Part shown: piece after piece, positions 37,117 to 47,120 of the stretch
Position numbering within the stretch: position 1 is the stretch's first letter
Layout of the letters: every line of letters starts with the position of its first letter
From: Nemertoderma westbladi
Taxonomy: Eukaryota; Animalia; Xenacoelomorpha
Assembly (NCBI GenBank): GCA_032718475.1
Contig: JAUCBJ010006887.1
Span: forward strand, 62,001-126,000
Direction: 5' to 3'
Length of the DNA stretch: 64,000 nt
Program-made: the position numbers and the translations under genes
Notes under the pieces: generated by a model
Seen by the model: only the letters and a program-made list of their open reading frames with translations
Database searches by the model: none
What the model was told of the DNA's origin: nothing

Positions 37117-37935
37117 CTACTTGATTCGCCGTCTTTTACGGTCATTGATATCCTCCTCCTTCTGGTCCTCCACCTCCCTGTGGTATTTCACCACGTGTTC
37201 GAGGTAGTAGGTCCCGGTGTAGTCAGTCTCAGTCTGTCGAACCTGTGCATAAGCGACGTCTGCAGCTTATATCCCTGTTGGTCCGTGGATAGGCGCCGGA
37301 AAGATCTCGTTCCGGCCCAGAAGGTGTACGTGCCGCTGTCGTCCGACATGACGCTACTCGCGCACTAAGTGCCTGAAGAGGCAACGGAGTTTAGAGTTTG
37401 CTGGGTTGCTCAATTTCGAGGTTGCCAGCCGTATACTCTCGGTAGCCTTGGTCACGGCAGTATCTTCCACGTATACTAATATCGTATAATCAATAGATAT
37501 ATATATTGTTTCCTGTAAGAACAAGGTCTCAGTTGTACAGTAATTGTTATTACAGTTAGCTAGTAAAAGGTTGGGAGTTATACCTTTGTAATAAGTGTAT
37601 TGTACCACGAATTCCCCCTACATTACAAACTATCTAGGTTACATTTAGTATTTTAGGATATTACGTAATTATGGATGGTGCTGTGTGCTATCTATTATTA
37701 TTATTATTGAAATTACAAATTCGTGTGAGTGCACGGTAATCAATAAATCATTTACATATAAGTCTTACAGTTGTAGTAAGTAAGCCAACTAGGCCAATTT
37801 GATATAAAATAATATTATAAACACACTAAAGGTAAATAAGGTATTATCAGTTTATTACTTCACTGGTATTACTGCGAATCGCCTGACGCCACGTATTTAT
37901 AGTCGGGTCGTCGCGACTAAAGTCACGTTATTAGG

Positions 37936-40900
37936 TTAGTGTGCTGCTTCAAGGAGGCAACACTTGTTGACTGGTCGACGATAGACCTTCCCTGAAGCCT
38001 TCCGTAGACTCACGGTGCGAACGTGACCATCCTCACTGTCGTGGGTCCTAACCACACGAGCCATGTCCCAGTCTCCCTTCTGTAATGTGTCATCGGTCAC
38101 AATGACAAGGTCTCCCAACTGTAGATCGCGGTACTCTTTGTTCCACTTTCTCCTCTGTCTTAACGTGGGTAGGTACTCTCGTACCCAGCGGTTCCAATAC
38201 TCGTTCTTACACCGCTGAGCGACGATATATGGGTTGCGTAAGTCTCCCTCGCCGATCTCTCCCAACGGGTCTCGGACAGTTACTGGGCCTACACCCAACA
38301 AGTGGTTTGGCGTGAGGGCCTCCAGTGACTTCGGGTCATCGGTGGTAGCCACCAGGGGTCGTCCGTTAACAATGGTTTCGACCTCGGCGAAGATGGTTCT
38401 CATCGCGTCTTCTGTCACTACGTGTCCGTGTGTAACGGCCTGAATGTGGCGTTTCACCACGCCCACCATAGCCTCCCAAACACCGGACATATGAGGGGCA
38501 TAGGGTGTGTGAAACGACCACTCGATTCCCAGTTCTTGGGTCTTCTCCACCGTCCCCTTGACGAAGGCCTGTTGTGCTCCTTCTAGTTCGTGTTCAGCAC
38601 CGACGAAGTTGGTTCCGTTGTCCGAGGAGATCTTCTTCGGTTCACCTCGGCGCGCGATAAAGCGCCGCAATGCGTTGAGAAACGCCGCTGCTGAAGCATC
38701 TGGTACTAGTTCGAGTGCTATAGCCCGCGTGGCATAGCAGACGAATATTATTCCATACCCCTTTCGCATGGTCTTGAGTACTCGTCGAGTCCATCGAACG
38801 TATAAATCGATGGGGCCGAACATATCCACCCCTGTGTGGTGGAACGGTACGAGTCCCGCCGTTACCCTATCTTTCGGTAGCGGCGCCATCAGCTGTTCTA
38901 GCCGTCTATGCCATATCTTCTTACATTTAATGCAACCGCTGAGGATCTTCCTCACGGTTTGCCTGAGTCCAGTAGCGGTGAAGCGTTTACGCACCGCCAC
39001 TATCGTCGCATCCTTACCCCCATGCGCGATGTCACAGTGTGTCTGCCACACCACTTGGTTCAGGGCCGTGGAGCCCGCAGGTAATATCATGGGCTGGCTT
39101 GCCACTATGAAATCCTTGGCGTTTGCCAACCGGGCCACGGATGCTACCATGATACCACCCTCCAACTGGGGTGCTAACTTTCGTAGCGGACTGCTCTTCT
39201 GTACAGGCTTACCCTCCCTGAGCCTCCTCCACTCCTCAGGGTAAGCTCGGGCCTGTACGTAGGTCACTACCATCCTCTCTGCCTCCTGTATAGGCAACCT
39301 GATGGGTATGGTCTTGGTTATTCGGTACTTAGCTAAGGCTATGAACCAAGCCACCCTGTTGATCGTCCTCCTCCACGTTGAGGACTTGTCTATGATCCTG
39401 TCAATCCGGGGGTCTCTGACCGCCGGTGTGGTCACCATGGAGCACACCCGGACCTCCGGGTCCGCTTTCAGAAGCTCCGACGCATTGGCCTCTGGGAACA
39501 AAGGCCAGTCCTTCCTGTTGGGTAGGAAAGTCGGCCCGTGTTGCCACAGGTCCTCTTTCTGTTCGAAGGGGACCTCTAGGCTCCCCCTCGATACAAGGTC
39601 AGCTGGGTTCTGGTCAGTGGGGCAGTAGCCCCAATCACTAACCTCTGTTAGGGTGCGGATATAGTCCACCCGGTTGGCGACGAATACTTTGAATCGCCTA
39701 CTCGGGTGGCTGATGTATAGCACCACAGTGGTGGCATCAATCCAATATCTCACTAGTACGATGCACCCCAGGGCCCTTATAATGACCTGGGCCATCTGCA
39801 CGGCCAGTACCGACGCCATTAGTTCTAGGCGCGGTATGGTGGCCTGTGCTTTGGGTGCTACCCTTGCTTTGCTATAGACCAGACGTGGGCGGTATTTGGC
39901 TGACTGCTGGTGCAAGTAGGCAACTGCCCCATACCCCACGCTGGAGGCGTCCGCGAACACATGTAGCTCTACAGCTGCCATGTCCCCGTTTGGAAAGTAA
40001 GGCCGTGGGATAATGAGACGGGATATTTGTTCCAGGCTCATTAACCAGGCGTTCCACCTGTCGGCCATCCTGGCAGACACCGGAGCATCCCACGCTCCAT
40101 TGTCTAAAGTCACCTCCCTCAGAATCTGTTTTCCTACAAGTATGTTTGGTGCCACAAGGCCCAGTGGGTCATATATCCGTGAAATGAAAGACAAGTAGGC
40201 CCTCCTCGTATGTACCACCTGAAGAGGAGCCTTAAACTTGTATTCTAGTACGTCTGAGGCTTTCTCCCAGGAGATGCCCAGTACCCGAGAGTCTGGCTTA
40301 CTCGGGTCTGATGTTACCAGTGCCGAGGTGGTCTCCGGGTTGGCACAGTCTGGTGGGATGTATGAGGCCGGCTGCCCCATATCTCCCCCCAGGAGGTCGC
40401 CATTGTCATCGTCGGCGCTCGGGTCTGATACCTTTCCCTCTTCCTTGTCCATCGCATACATGAACTTGGGTGAGTTGGAGCGGAACTTGGTAAGGTTGAA
40501 ACCGCCCGTGGAAAGGCAGTCGCGGGCCGTGATGGCCAGCTGGATGAGGTCGGCTTCGGAGTTACCCGACTTCATCCCATCGTCAACATAAAAATCGTTT
40601 GTTATAAAGTCTCTCACGGGCGGAGCCACCGACTCACTCGCGGTAGTGCGTCGTAGTGCTGTGGTGGCCACACACGGGGAACACTTAGCCCCGAAGATAT
40701 GTACCAACATCTGGTACACCTCCGGCGCTGTGTCCAGCTGATCCCCACTATACCACAGGAAACGCTGGCTGTCCGCGTCGTCTTCATAAACGAAGACCTG
40801 GTGAAACATGGCCTCTACGTCACATGTGAAGGCGTAGAGGCCCATGCGGAACCTTAGCAGGATGTCAACCCCGCTATTGAAAACATTGGGTCCCTCTAAT

Positions 40901-43527
40901 AAGTAGTCATTAAGCGATTTACCCAAGTATTTCGCCGCTGCGTCGTTGACCAGTCGCAGCTTGGATGCCCCTTTGGTAACGTGTAGGGGCAGATAGTAAG
41001 TTCGAGGAGACTCGGGTGCCCCCGCCGTGAGTTTACGGGCCCACCCTTTGTCTATATACTTCTGAATCTGTTTCTCAACAAATTCGTGTTTGTCAGGGTG
41101 TTTAGTCAATGACCGTTTGAGTCGGTTGAGTCTCATCTCCGCCATGGTTCTATTGTTAACCAAGGGTACTGCTCGATCTTTCCAGAGCATTGGAGCTGAG
41201 TAATGCCCGCCGCTCAAGATCATCTCCCTGTTCAATACATCGGTCGATATCTTGTCCGCCTGTGAGGCGCCCACGGCTGGGTTATATAAGCCCTCGGTGT
41301 CTATGTCATAGAGCCTTTCTAGGTCGCGCCTGGTTTCTTCCTCTCGTTCTCGGACCTCCTCCAATGTGAGTTCCGAAGACTCGGTGGGGTGCCCTTTCCC
41401 GGCCACGGTGAAGACTGGTCTAGCCAGCCCTGCACTGTGTCTGTCGGGCTGCTCATCAATGTCCTTTACGGGTCCCGTCATACACCAACCATATGGGGTT
41501 AGCATGACCTGGGGGTCCCTTTCGGGGTCTGGTCCTTCGATGGAAGGCTGCAGTAGCCGGTGAGAACCTGGGCAATCTATACCAATGAGTACTGATACAT
41601 AGGGTACATCCAGGTCATTGGGTATGTTAAAGTTCAGTCCTCGGGCGTGTGTGTATTGTTGAATTTCATCGGCCGAGGGCCGGTCTGCCGGTACGTTGAG
41701 CTCGGGTAGAACCCGAGCCTCAACAAGGTCCGACTTATATTGGGAATATGTCACAATAGATTTGAATCGACATAGAATCAGGTCGTACTCTACGTCTCTG
41801 TCCGGGTTGGCGATGGTACAGAGTTGCATAAATGCCTTCCTTCGTTTAACTTGAAGGCGGTCTGCAACCACTCTGTCCATCATCGTTATCGCTGAACCTC
41901 CGTCTAAGAGCCCCAAAGTGGTTACCTGCTGGCCGCGGTTATCACATACCGCTAATGCAACAATCCTCAGGTACACATAGGGTTTAATCTTCGGTGGTTT
42001 CCGCAACCTCCGTCTCATGGGGAAGACAGGGAAGGCCACCTGCTTATCGGCCACCCTCTCCCCCGCTGTCCTACTATCCGCATGTTTATGCGCCTGCTGC
42101 TCGGTGGACTTACCGTCCCCCTCTGTGTTCTTACTATCGTATGGGCATGCCCGCCCAGAGTGCCCTGTTCGGGCACAAGTCCAACACAAGTGATGCTTCC
42201 TAGCATACGCCTTGTGTGTGTCGGCGTCCATCTTCTGCCAGTTTCTGCACTCAATCGTTCTGTGAGACGTTCCCCTATGGAACTGGCAATACCTTTCTTC
42301 GTTGAAAGGGAACTCCCCGATGTCTATATGGAAGACATCTTTCACCCATTGCCCACTTCCCCTGCTCGCTGTGGGTGGGGCGCTTCCGCTTTTAGATTCT
42401 TCGAAGCGGACCTGTCGATTGTTAGTTGGTGGGGTCGACCCGCCCCGACTGCTCTCCCGCGAAGGCGATCGGCCCGTCGCTCGATTATGCGCCGGTTCCG
42501 ACGGTCTACCCCTGTAGTTGTTGTCCCCAACGTTGTTACAGGCGAATTTTTGGGTATTGCTCGACTTCCAATTGGATTTGAAACGGCCCGTGGGGTATTC
42601 CCTTTTCCCACGGTCTCCTTGTTCCTGTCGACTTCGCCCTTTATCCTTGGGGTATTTTAAACAGCGCTGATTAGCGCTCGCTGCCTTGTACTCCATGAAG
42701 TCAGCAAATTCTCCTAGCGTTGCTCGGCGATGTTGCGTAGCTGTAATCTTTGTCACTTGCTGCGCCCAGCTGCGACGCAGATGTAGTGGTAGTACATCAA
42801 CCACTTGATTCAGCAGCCCGCCCGCCTTGAGATGGTAGGTCTCGCCCATCGTCTCGATGGAATTAATCAGCTGATTTATTCGATCGCTGTATTCGGTCAT
42901 CTCGTCTGGTGTTTCAACCCTCACCCCATCAGTGAGGTGAAATATGGCGTCATCAATGATCTGTTCCGGATCGCCATACCGATCCTCTATCGCCTTCCAG
43001 GCCTTCCTGAACCCATTCAACTGGCCCTGGAAACGATTAACGAGTTTCCTCGGGTCACCCGCTAGATAAGTCGCCAAATAGGTTAGTCGGCGGGTGTCTG
43101 ACATTTCCTTTGTTAGAATTTCGTTGGAAAACAGAGCCCGAAATTGTATGTATTCCTCGGGGTGTTTCCCATCGAATTTAAAGGCTAAGGATTTTGGCAG
43201 CTCATTCTGCTCACGTATAATGTGGAGCATTTTCGCTGTCGAAACCGCCTCGTTATCGTGGGTTGAGTTTGTGTCATTGTACACGCGCGGTGATGAGTCC
43301 GCCCGTGTTGACGTGGGCTCCTCCGACGGTCCGAAGGGGTCTATATACCGTCCGACCCCGTTGGTAGGGTACGCAAGCGGAGGTAGCTCAAACCCCGGTT
43401 CACCCAACCGACTTCCCGGACGTGGGTAATCCGGGTATTGTTCTCTACCTGGGGACTCGCCCGTTCGCCTCCCTGAAGGGGGAGGGTCTGGGTGAGTTGT
43501 ACTTTCATATATGGAATTCTGTTGGGG
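37936..43527 (-). CDS. pol: E3 Gag core-Pol polyprotein (capsid-like region, zinc knuckles, protease, RT, RNase H, integrase); frame open from the TGA at 43528-43530
   Basis: KFDGKHPEEY; CWTCARTGHSGRAC; LLDGGS; YLPLH...RLVNDAA; DVEAMFHQV; FYVDD; LHVFADAS, TIPRLEL, NPADLVSRG; H-H-C-C; GVDMFGP, SDNGTNF, GVWE; RRPVNKCCLL. Confidence 0.96.
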   Translation of the reverse strand, partial: PQQNSIYESTTHPDPPPSGRRTGESPGREQYPDYPRPGSRLGEPGFELPPLAYPTNGVGRYIDPFGPSEEPTSTRADSSPRVYNDTNSTHDNEAVSTAKMLHIIREQNELPKSLAFKFDGKHPEEYIQFRALFSNEILTKEMSDTRRLTYLATYLAGDPRKLVNRFQGQLNGFRKAWKAIEDRYGDPEQIIDDAIFHLTDGVRVETPDEMTEYSDRINQLINSIETMGETYHLKAGGLLNQVVDVLPLHLRRSWAQQVTKITATQHRRATLGEFADFMEYKAASANQRCLKYPKDKGRSRQEQGDRGKREYPTGRFKSNWKSSNTQKFACNNVGDNNYRGRPSEPAHNRATGRSPSRESSRGGSTPPTNNRQVRFEESKSGSAPPTASRGSGQWVKDVFHIDIGEFPFNEERYCQFHRGTSHRTIECRNWQKMDADTHKAYARKHHLCWTCARTGHSGRACPYDSKNTEGDGKSTEQQAHKHADSRTAGERVADKQVAFPVFPMRRRLRKPPKIKPYVYLRIVALAVCDNRGQQVTTLGLLDGGSAITMMDRVVADRLQVKRRKAFMQLCTIANPDRDVEYDLILCRFKSIVTYSQYKSDLVEARVLPELNVPADRPSADEIQQYTHARGLNFNIPNDLDVPYVSVLIGIDCPGSHRLLQPSIEGPDPERDPQVMLTPYGWCMTGPVKDIDEQPDRHSAGLARPVFTVAGKGHPTESSELTLEEVREREEETRRDLERLYDIDTEGLYNPAVGASQADKISTDVLNREMILSGGHYSAPMLWKDRAVPLVNNRTMAEMRLNRLKRSLTKHPDKHEFVEKQIQKYIDKGWARKLTAGAPESPRTYYLPLHVTKGASKLRLVNDAAAKYLGKSLNDYLLEGPNVFNSGVDILLRFRMGLYAFTCDVEAMFHQVFVYEDDADSQRFLWYSGDQLDTAPEVYQMLVHIFGAKCSPCVATTALRRTTASESVAPPVRDFITNDFYVDDGMKSGNSEADLIQLAITARDCLSTGGFNLTKFRSNSPKFMYAMDKEEGKVSDPSADDDNGDLLGGDMGQPASYIPPDCANPETTSALVTSDPSKPDSRVLGISWEKASDVLEYKFKAPLQVVHTRRAYLSFISRIYDPLGLVAPNILVGKQILREVTLDNGAWDAPVSARMADRWNAWLMSLEQISRLIIPRPYFPNGDMAAVELHVFADASSVGYGAVAYLHQQSAKYRPRLVYSKARVAPKAQATIPRLELMASVLAVQMAQVIIRALGCIVLVRYWIDATTVVLYISHPSRRFKVFVANRVDYIRTLTEVSDWGYCPTDQNPADLVSRGSLEVPFEQKEDLWQHGPTFLPNRKDWPLFPEANASELLKADPEVRVCSMVTTPAVRDPRIDRIIDKSSTWRRTINRVAWFIALAKYRITKTIPIRLPIQEAERMVVTYVQARAYPEEWRRLREGKPVQKSSPLRKLAPQLEGGIMVASVARLANAKDFIVASQPMILPAGSTALNQVVWQTHCDIAHGGKDATIVAVRKRFTATGLRQTVRKILSGCIKCKKIWHRRLEQLMAPLPKDRVTAGLVPFHHTGVDMFGPIDLYVRWTRRVLKTMRKGYGIIFVCYATRAIALELVPDASAAAFLNALRRFIARRGEPKKISSDNGTNFVGAEHELEGAQQAFVKGTVEKTQELGIEWSFHTPYAPHMSGVWEAMVGVVKRHIQAVTHGHVVTEDAMRTIFAEVETIVNGRPLVATTDDPKSLEALTPNHLLGVGPVTVRDPLGEIGEGDLRNPYIVAQRCKNEYWNRWVREYLPTLRQRRKWNKEYRDLQLGDLVIVTDDTLQKGDWDMARVVRTHDSEDGHVRTVSLRKASGKVYRRPVNKCCLLEAAH

Positions 43528-45972
43528 TCATTCAGAATTTCCAAATGAACGCATTGTTGTTCGTGGGGGGGGGGGGCTCGGTGAGCCCCCTTTTCTGCAG
43601 AGCTCCGCCAGATACCTCGACTCTGGCCTACTCCTGTGGGCGGTTGCGTCGGGCCTCTCGGAGGCTGACTCCCGTCCATCCCCTCTGTCCGTCTGCAGGT
43701 CCCCTGCTCGGGCTGCAGTCTCACTGATTGTCGGCACCGTCCGCGGGGCAAAGCCGACGGTCCCGCTCTGTCTGTTCACTCTCCCCCGGCTGGCGGTATT
43801 ATCTACCGCCGGCGCGAATTCTGGGGCCCCTACTCGAAGTCCCCTCGAGTTCGCCGTAGGGGAACTTCCCTGTTCCCCTTGCTCTGCGATAATTAACTTA
43901 CCAGTATTATCTTGCAGAAATTTGAGGGAGGTTAGCACTCTTAAGCCCTGGTGGTCCGCCTCCCTCGAGGCGTGGCTCTGTGCGTGTGTGGAGGCGGTGT
44001 CTACCTCCCCCTGTGTTACTCGGAACCCTAGTGCGGGCTCCCCCTGTCCAACCTGGAGCTGTCCTTCTCGCTCCCCCTGTGTCGCCTCCTCTGCTGGGAG
44101 CCCACCCCGATTCTGGGTGGGATAATACATTGCTGATCCTCTCGGTTCGTTTACCTCGTCGGTATCGACGACCACTACGGCCGGCGCTACCTGGGGAGGT
44201 TTCATGGCAGCCGGAGGCAGCTCCTGTATCGCTGTGATCCTGGCTGCGCCAGGCGGAGGCGGACCCGTAAAAATACCCGGGCCGCCCTTCCTGGTAGCAC
44301 CAGGCGGAGGCGGATCCGTAAAAATACCCGGGCCGCCGTAAAAACTCGTTCCTCTTATAACTGTGGGAATTATATTAGGTGTAGTGCTTATAGTAGGTGT
44401 AGTGGTGTGTGTAGTTACTACCGTAGGTACTACAACTATCGGTGGGGTGCTTACTGTGGGTGCTATAGTTGCTGCAGCTACTCCTACAGGTACTCCCCCT
44501 AATTCACCACTCCCTGTCACACTGGCTCCACCCGGCCCAACCGGTTGTTTTCTAGCCGGATGAGCTGGGCCCCTATGGAGCCCTATTACCGAGGCGGGTC
44601 TGCTCAGTTCACTAGTTCGTCGGCCCGGACTCGCTCTCGCTGAACGTACACTGTTATTGCTCACTCTGGACCCCACACTGCTACCCACAGTGGAGCCCCC
44701 TTTCACCCCGCGCGCTTGTGCCATCGCTAGCTTACGTATCGCTAATAAACGCGCCTCGTCTCTCACTTTATTATCAGCCCGCAATTTCTCTCTCGCTATC
44801 TCCTCGCTGTCCGCTCGTTGGGCCGCCTCAATCACTCTCTGGGCCGCCTCACGCGCAACCCTCTCACATTCAAGTTTTTGGTTCATTAATTCTCGCTCAA
44901 GAGTTTCCTCTCGGTCGAGCCTCTCCATCTCAAAGAGAGCCTCTTCATACTCCACTCGGTTTTGAATGGAGTCAGACGCGTTCGAATTTGAACCACGCGG
45001 CTGACTCGCACTGTCCCCAGGTTGTATCTCATCCTGGTCTCTGCCGTCACCGGCTAGGGTTATGCCAGTCCAGCCGTTTTGTGGCTGGCTGGGTATCCCT
45101 ATAAAAATGTTTCCCACCCTTACCTGTTGATTGAATAAACATTTATCAAACGCATCGTCCAATATTCCCCCGATGTCCGTCTCCCAGTGTTTGGCTTCCT
45201 CCTCGGCGCCTTGCTCTCCAAGAATCCTGAGGTAGTCGTTGACTACCTCTAGGGCTGCCGCCAGGTCGATATCCGGTCGTCCGGCAGTCGCCCAGGTCTC
45301 CAATCGTCTTCGCTGTAATCGAAACTGTCGCCCCGCTCGCTCGATCACCCCTGTGTCGAGCTGCGCTGGGGGCCGGTTGGGGTCCGAGGAAGAACGGAGC
45401 TTCCTCCGGTTCGTTGTCCCGTTGGGCCGTCCCATCGGGTTCGTCCGATCGCCTCTTTCTCGCGAGCGTCCTCGGGCTGGAAGTTTGGGTAGTGCTGGGA
45501 TTAATTGCGAGGGTTCCCGGTCTGGGTCCACCCCGCTTCCCTTGTCGTCGTCTATCGCCGGCTCCGGTCTGGAGGGAGGTGATCTCGATCTCTCCCGGCG
45601 TTGGTGTTCCTCTGGGAACCGTGCCGGACCGGCGGGAGGTGATGGCGGTTCTCCTCGTTGTGGTAACTCAGTCGGGAGTGACTGCGTCGTTGCCGTGATT
45701 AACTCGTCTATCCACGTCCGTGTTTCATCGGGTGTCGTGGTCCCGGCCGGCCGCCCGACGGATTCTTCCGTCGACGGGATAGGCGGGGATTCCCGGGAGC
45801 TCGGGCCCACGGGGCTGCCGCGCCCCGATACCGGGTTGCTCAAGTCCAAGAAGGGACTCGAGGCTGTAGCTGGGGCAGCCATTGCTGCCCCGCCAGTGGC
45901 GGGTTGAACCCCGGGTTCAACCTGGCCAGGTGCCGTCGCTGGCTGACTGCCAGAAAGTAGACTGTCTGACAT
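43528..45972 (-). CDS. gag: E3 Gag N-terminal region (814 aa), in the same frame as pol
   Basis: ATG ORF ~190 nt after the 5' LTR; DEIQPGDSASQ plus coiled coil; separated from the downstream ORF by a single TGA. Confidence 0.85.
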   Translation of the reverse strand: MSDSLLSGSQPATAPGQVEPGVQPATGGAAMAAPATASSPFLDLSNPVSGRGSPVGPSSRESPPIPSTEESVGRPAGTTTPDETRTWIDELITATTQSLPTELPQRGEPPSPPAGPARFPEEHQRRERSRSPPSRPEPAIDDDKGSGVDPDREPSQLIPALPKLPARGRSRERGDRTNPMGRPNGTTNRRKLRSSSDPNRPPAQLDTGVIERAGRQFRLQRRRLETWATAGRPDIDLAAALEVVNDYLRILGEQGAEEEAKHWETDIGGILDDAFDKCLFNQQVRVGNIFIGIPSQPQNGWTGITLAGDGRDQDEIQPGDSASQPRGSNSNASDSIQNRVEYEEALFEMERLDREETLERELMNQKLECERVAREAAQRVIEAAQRADSEEIAREKLRADNKVRDEARLLAIRKLAMAQARGVKGGSTVGSSVGSRVSNNSVRSARASPGRRTSELSRPASVIGLHRGPAHPARKQPVGPGGASVTGSGELGGVPVGVAAATIAPTVSTPPIVVVPTVVTTHTTTPTISTTPNIIPTVIRGTSFYGGPGIFTDPPPPGATRKGGPGIFTGPPPPGAARITAIQELPPAAMKPPQVAPAVVVVDTDEVNEPRGSAMYYPTQNRGGLPAEEATQGEREGQLQVGQGEPALGFRVTQGEVDTASTHAQSHASREADHQGLRVLTSLKFLQDNTGKLIIAEQGEQGSSPTANSRGLRVGAPEFAPAVDNTASRGRVNRQSGTVGFAPRTVPTISETAARAGDLQTDRGDGRESASERPDATAHRSRPESRYLAELCRKGGSPSPPPPRTTMRSFGNSE

Positions 45973-46149
45973 CCTAGGTACGGTAGCCTATGGAGGGACT
46001 GACAGGTCTGAGTTACGGAATAATGGAATACTTTTTTGGCCTATCTTACAGTTTTTTAAGGCCACTGCCGGTTCGCGGGAAGCCGCGTCGCGGGTCTTTG
46101 TCGTGTCGTTATCGAGGCTGTCGTTTTCTGAGACAGCCCCCACTCGTGA

Positions 46150-46160
46150 CGTTGTTTTAT
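46150..46160 (-). promoter_or_regulatory. E3 primer-binding site, non-tRNA type, complementary to its own LTR
   Basis: Transcript-sense ataaaacaacg directly follows the 5' LTR and is complementary to LTR 46443-46453 (transcript-sense cgttgttttat). Confidence 0.7.
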
Positions 46161-47120
46161 TTTTGGGTTGGTGTAGTGGCGTAAATATCACGTAATGATG
46201 AGTTCCCCACTGAACCGCCCAAATCAGGTAACCCGCCCGTCCGGTGGAAAGGAAACTGATAACTAAACGCTCCAGTGTGGTGTCTGTGCAGGCCGATCCC
46301 TACACAGCACCATAGTAATACAGAATATAGACAGAATATAAACAGATAACAAACAATAAATCAGATGCATTTACAAAAGATAAAATAATATAAGTGAATA
46401 CGTAAAATGAATAAGGAATCTGTACTACTAAAGAACTGTGCCATAAAACAACGATATCACCTTCCACTCTTGTCACCAAACCAACTGAACCAATATTGCT
46501 AATCTGTGTCTAATGTACCCCGGTAGCGCGGATGAATATTCCCTAGTAATGAGCCAGACTGGGGTTTAAGACCCCAGCCTGGCACCCGTACGTAGCAAAA
46601 ACCCTAATTAAGTACATAATCCTACTATCTAAAACTAAAACCTACTGAAACCCCCCCAATATAACAATAAATACGTACTACATAATGTAGTACATATTGA
46701 CCGCCTAATTGTACATTCCTATCTCTGGCAAGGCTAATATCCCATCTCCCTGCTACCTATGTCTTGCTACAGGTGTGGCCTGGCGGCCAACCTGTTCCCG
46801 ATCACGTGCTCTTTGTATACCTCGTTTGTAATCCACCTAGTCCCATGTCTGTATATTGATACCTTGAGAGTTGACTTGGTGGAAGGCGTACGTAGTAACC
46901 TAATACTAATATTCCTGGAAATCACTGCAGCCCAGTCCCCCCCCCCCCCCCCCCGTGTGCCCTGTAACTAGTCAGTTCCGTAGTCCTACCTACACCTACA
47001 GTACAAACGCTACAGTAATTACCCCTACAGTACAAACATTAGGCTTGGGTGGGAAACCCGTGGTACTCGTATAATATATGTGTGGGTTTGGGAAGGGTAA
47101 GGTTCCGGTTGTCGGACACA
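46161..47120 (-). repeat. E3 5' LTR (960 bp)
   Basis: Matches 34574-35530; its inner end reads CCCAAAA instead of CCCAACA. Confidence 0.95.

Larger units (their letters stand above)
34574..47120 (-). mobile_element. BEL/Pao LTR retrotransposon E3 (~12.5 kb) with all pol domains
   Basis: LTRs at 34574-35530 and 46161-47120 (about ten differences); PPT AAGGGGGAG; order gag-PR-RT-RH-IN with Pao-type motifs; no TSD (cccgc vs ggtgc). Confidence 0.95.
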
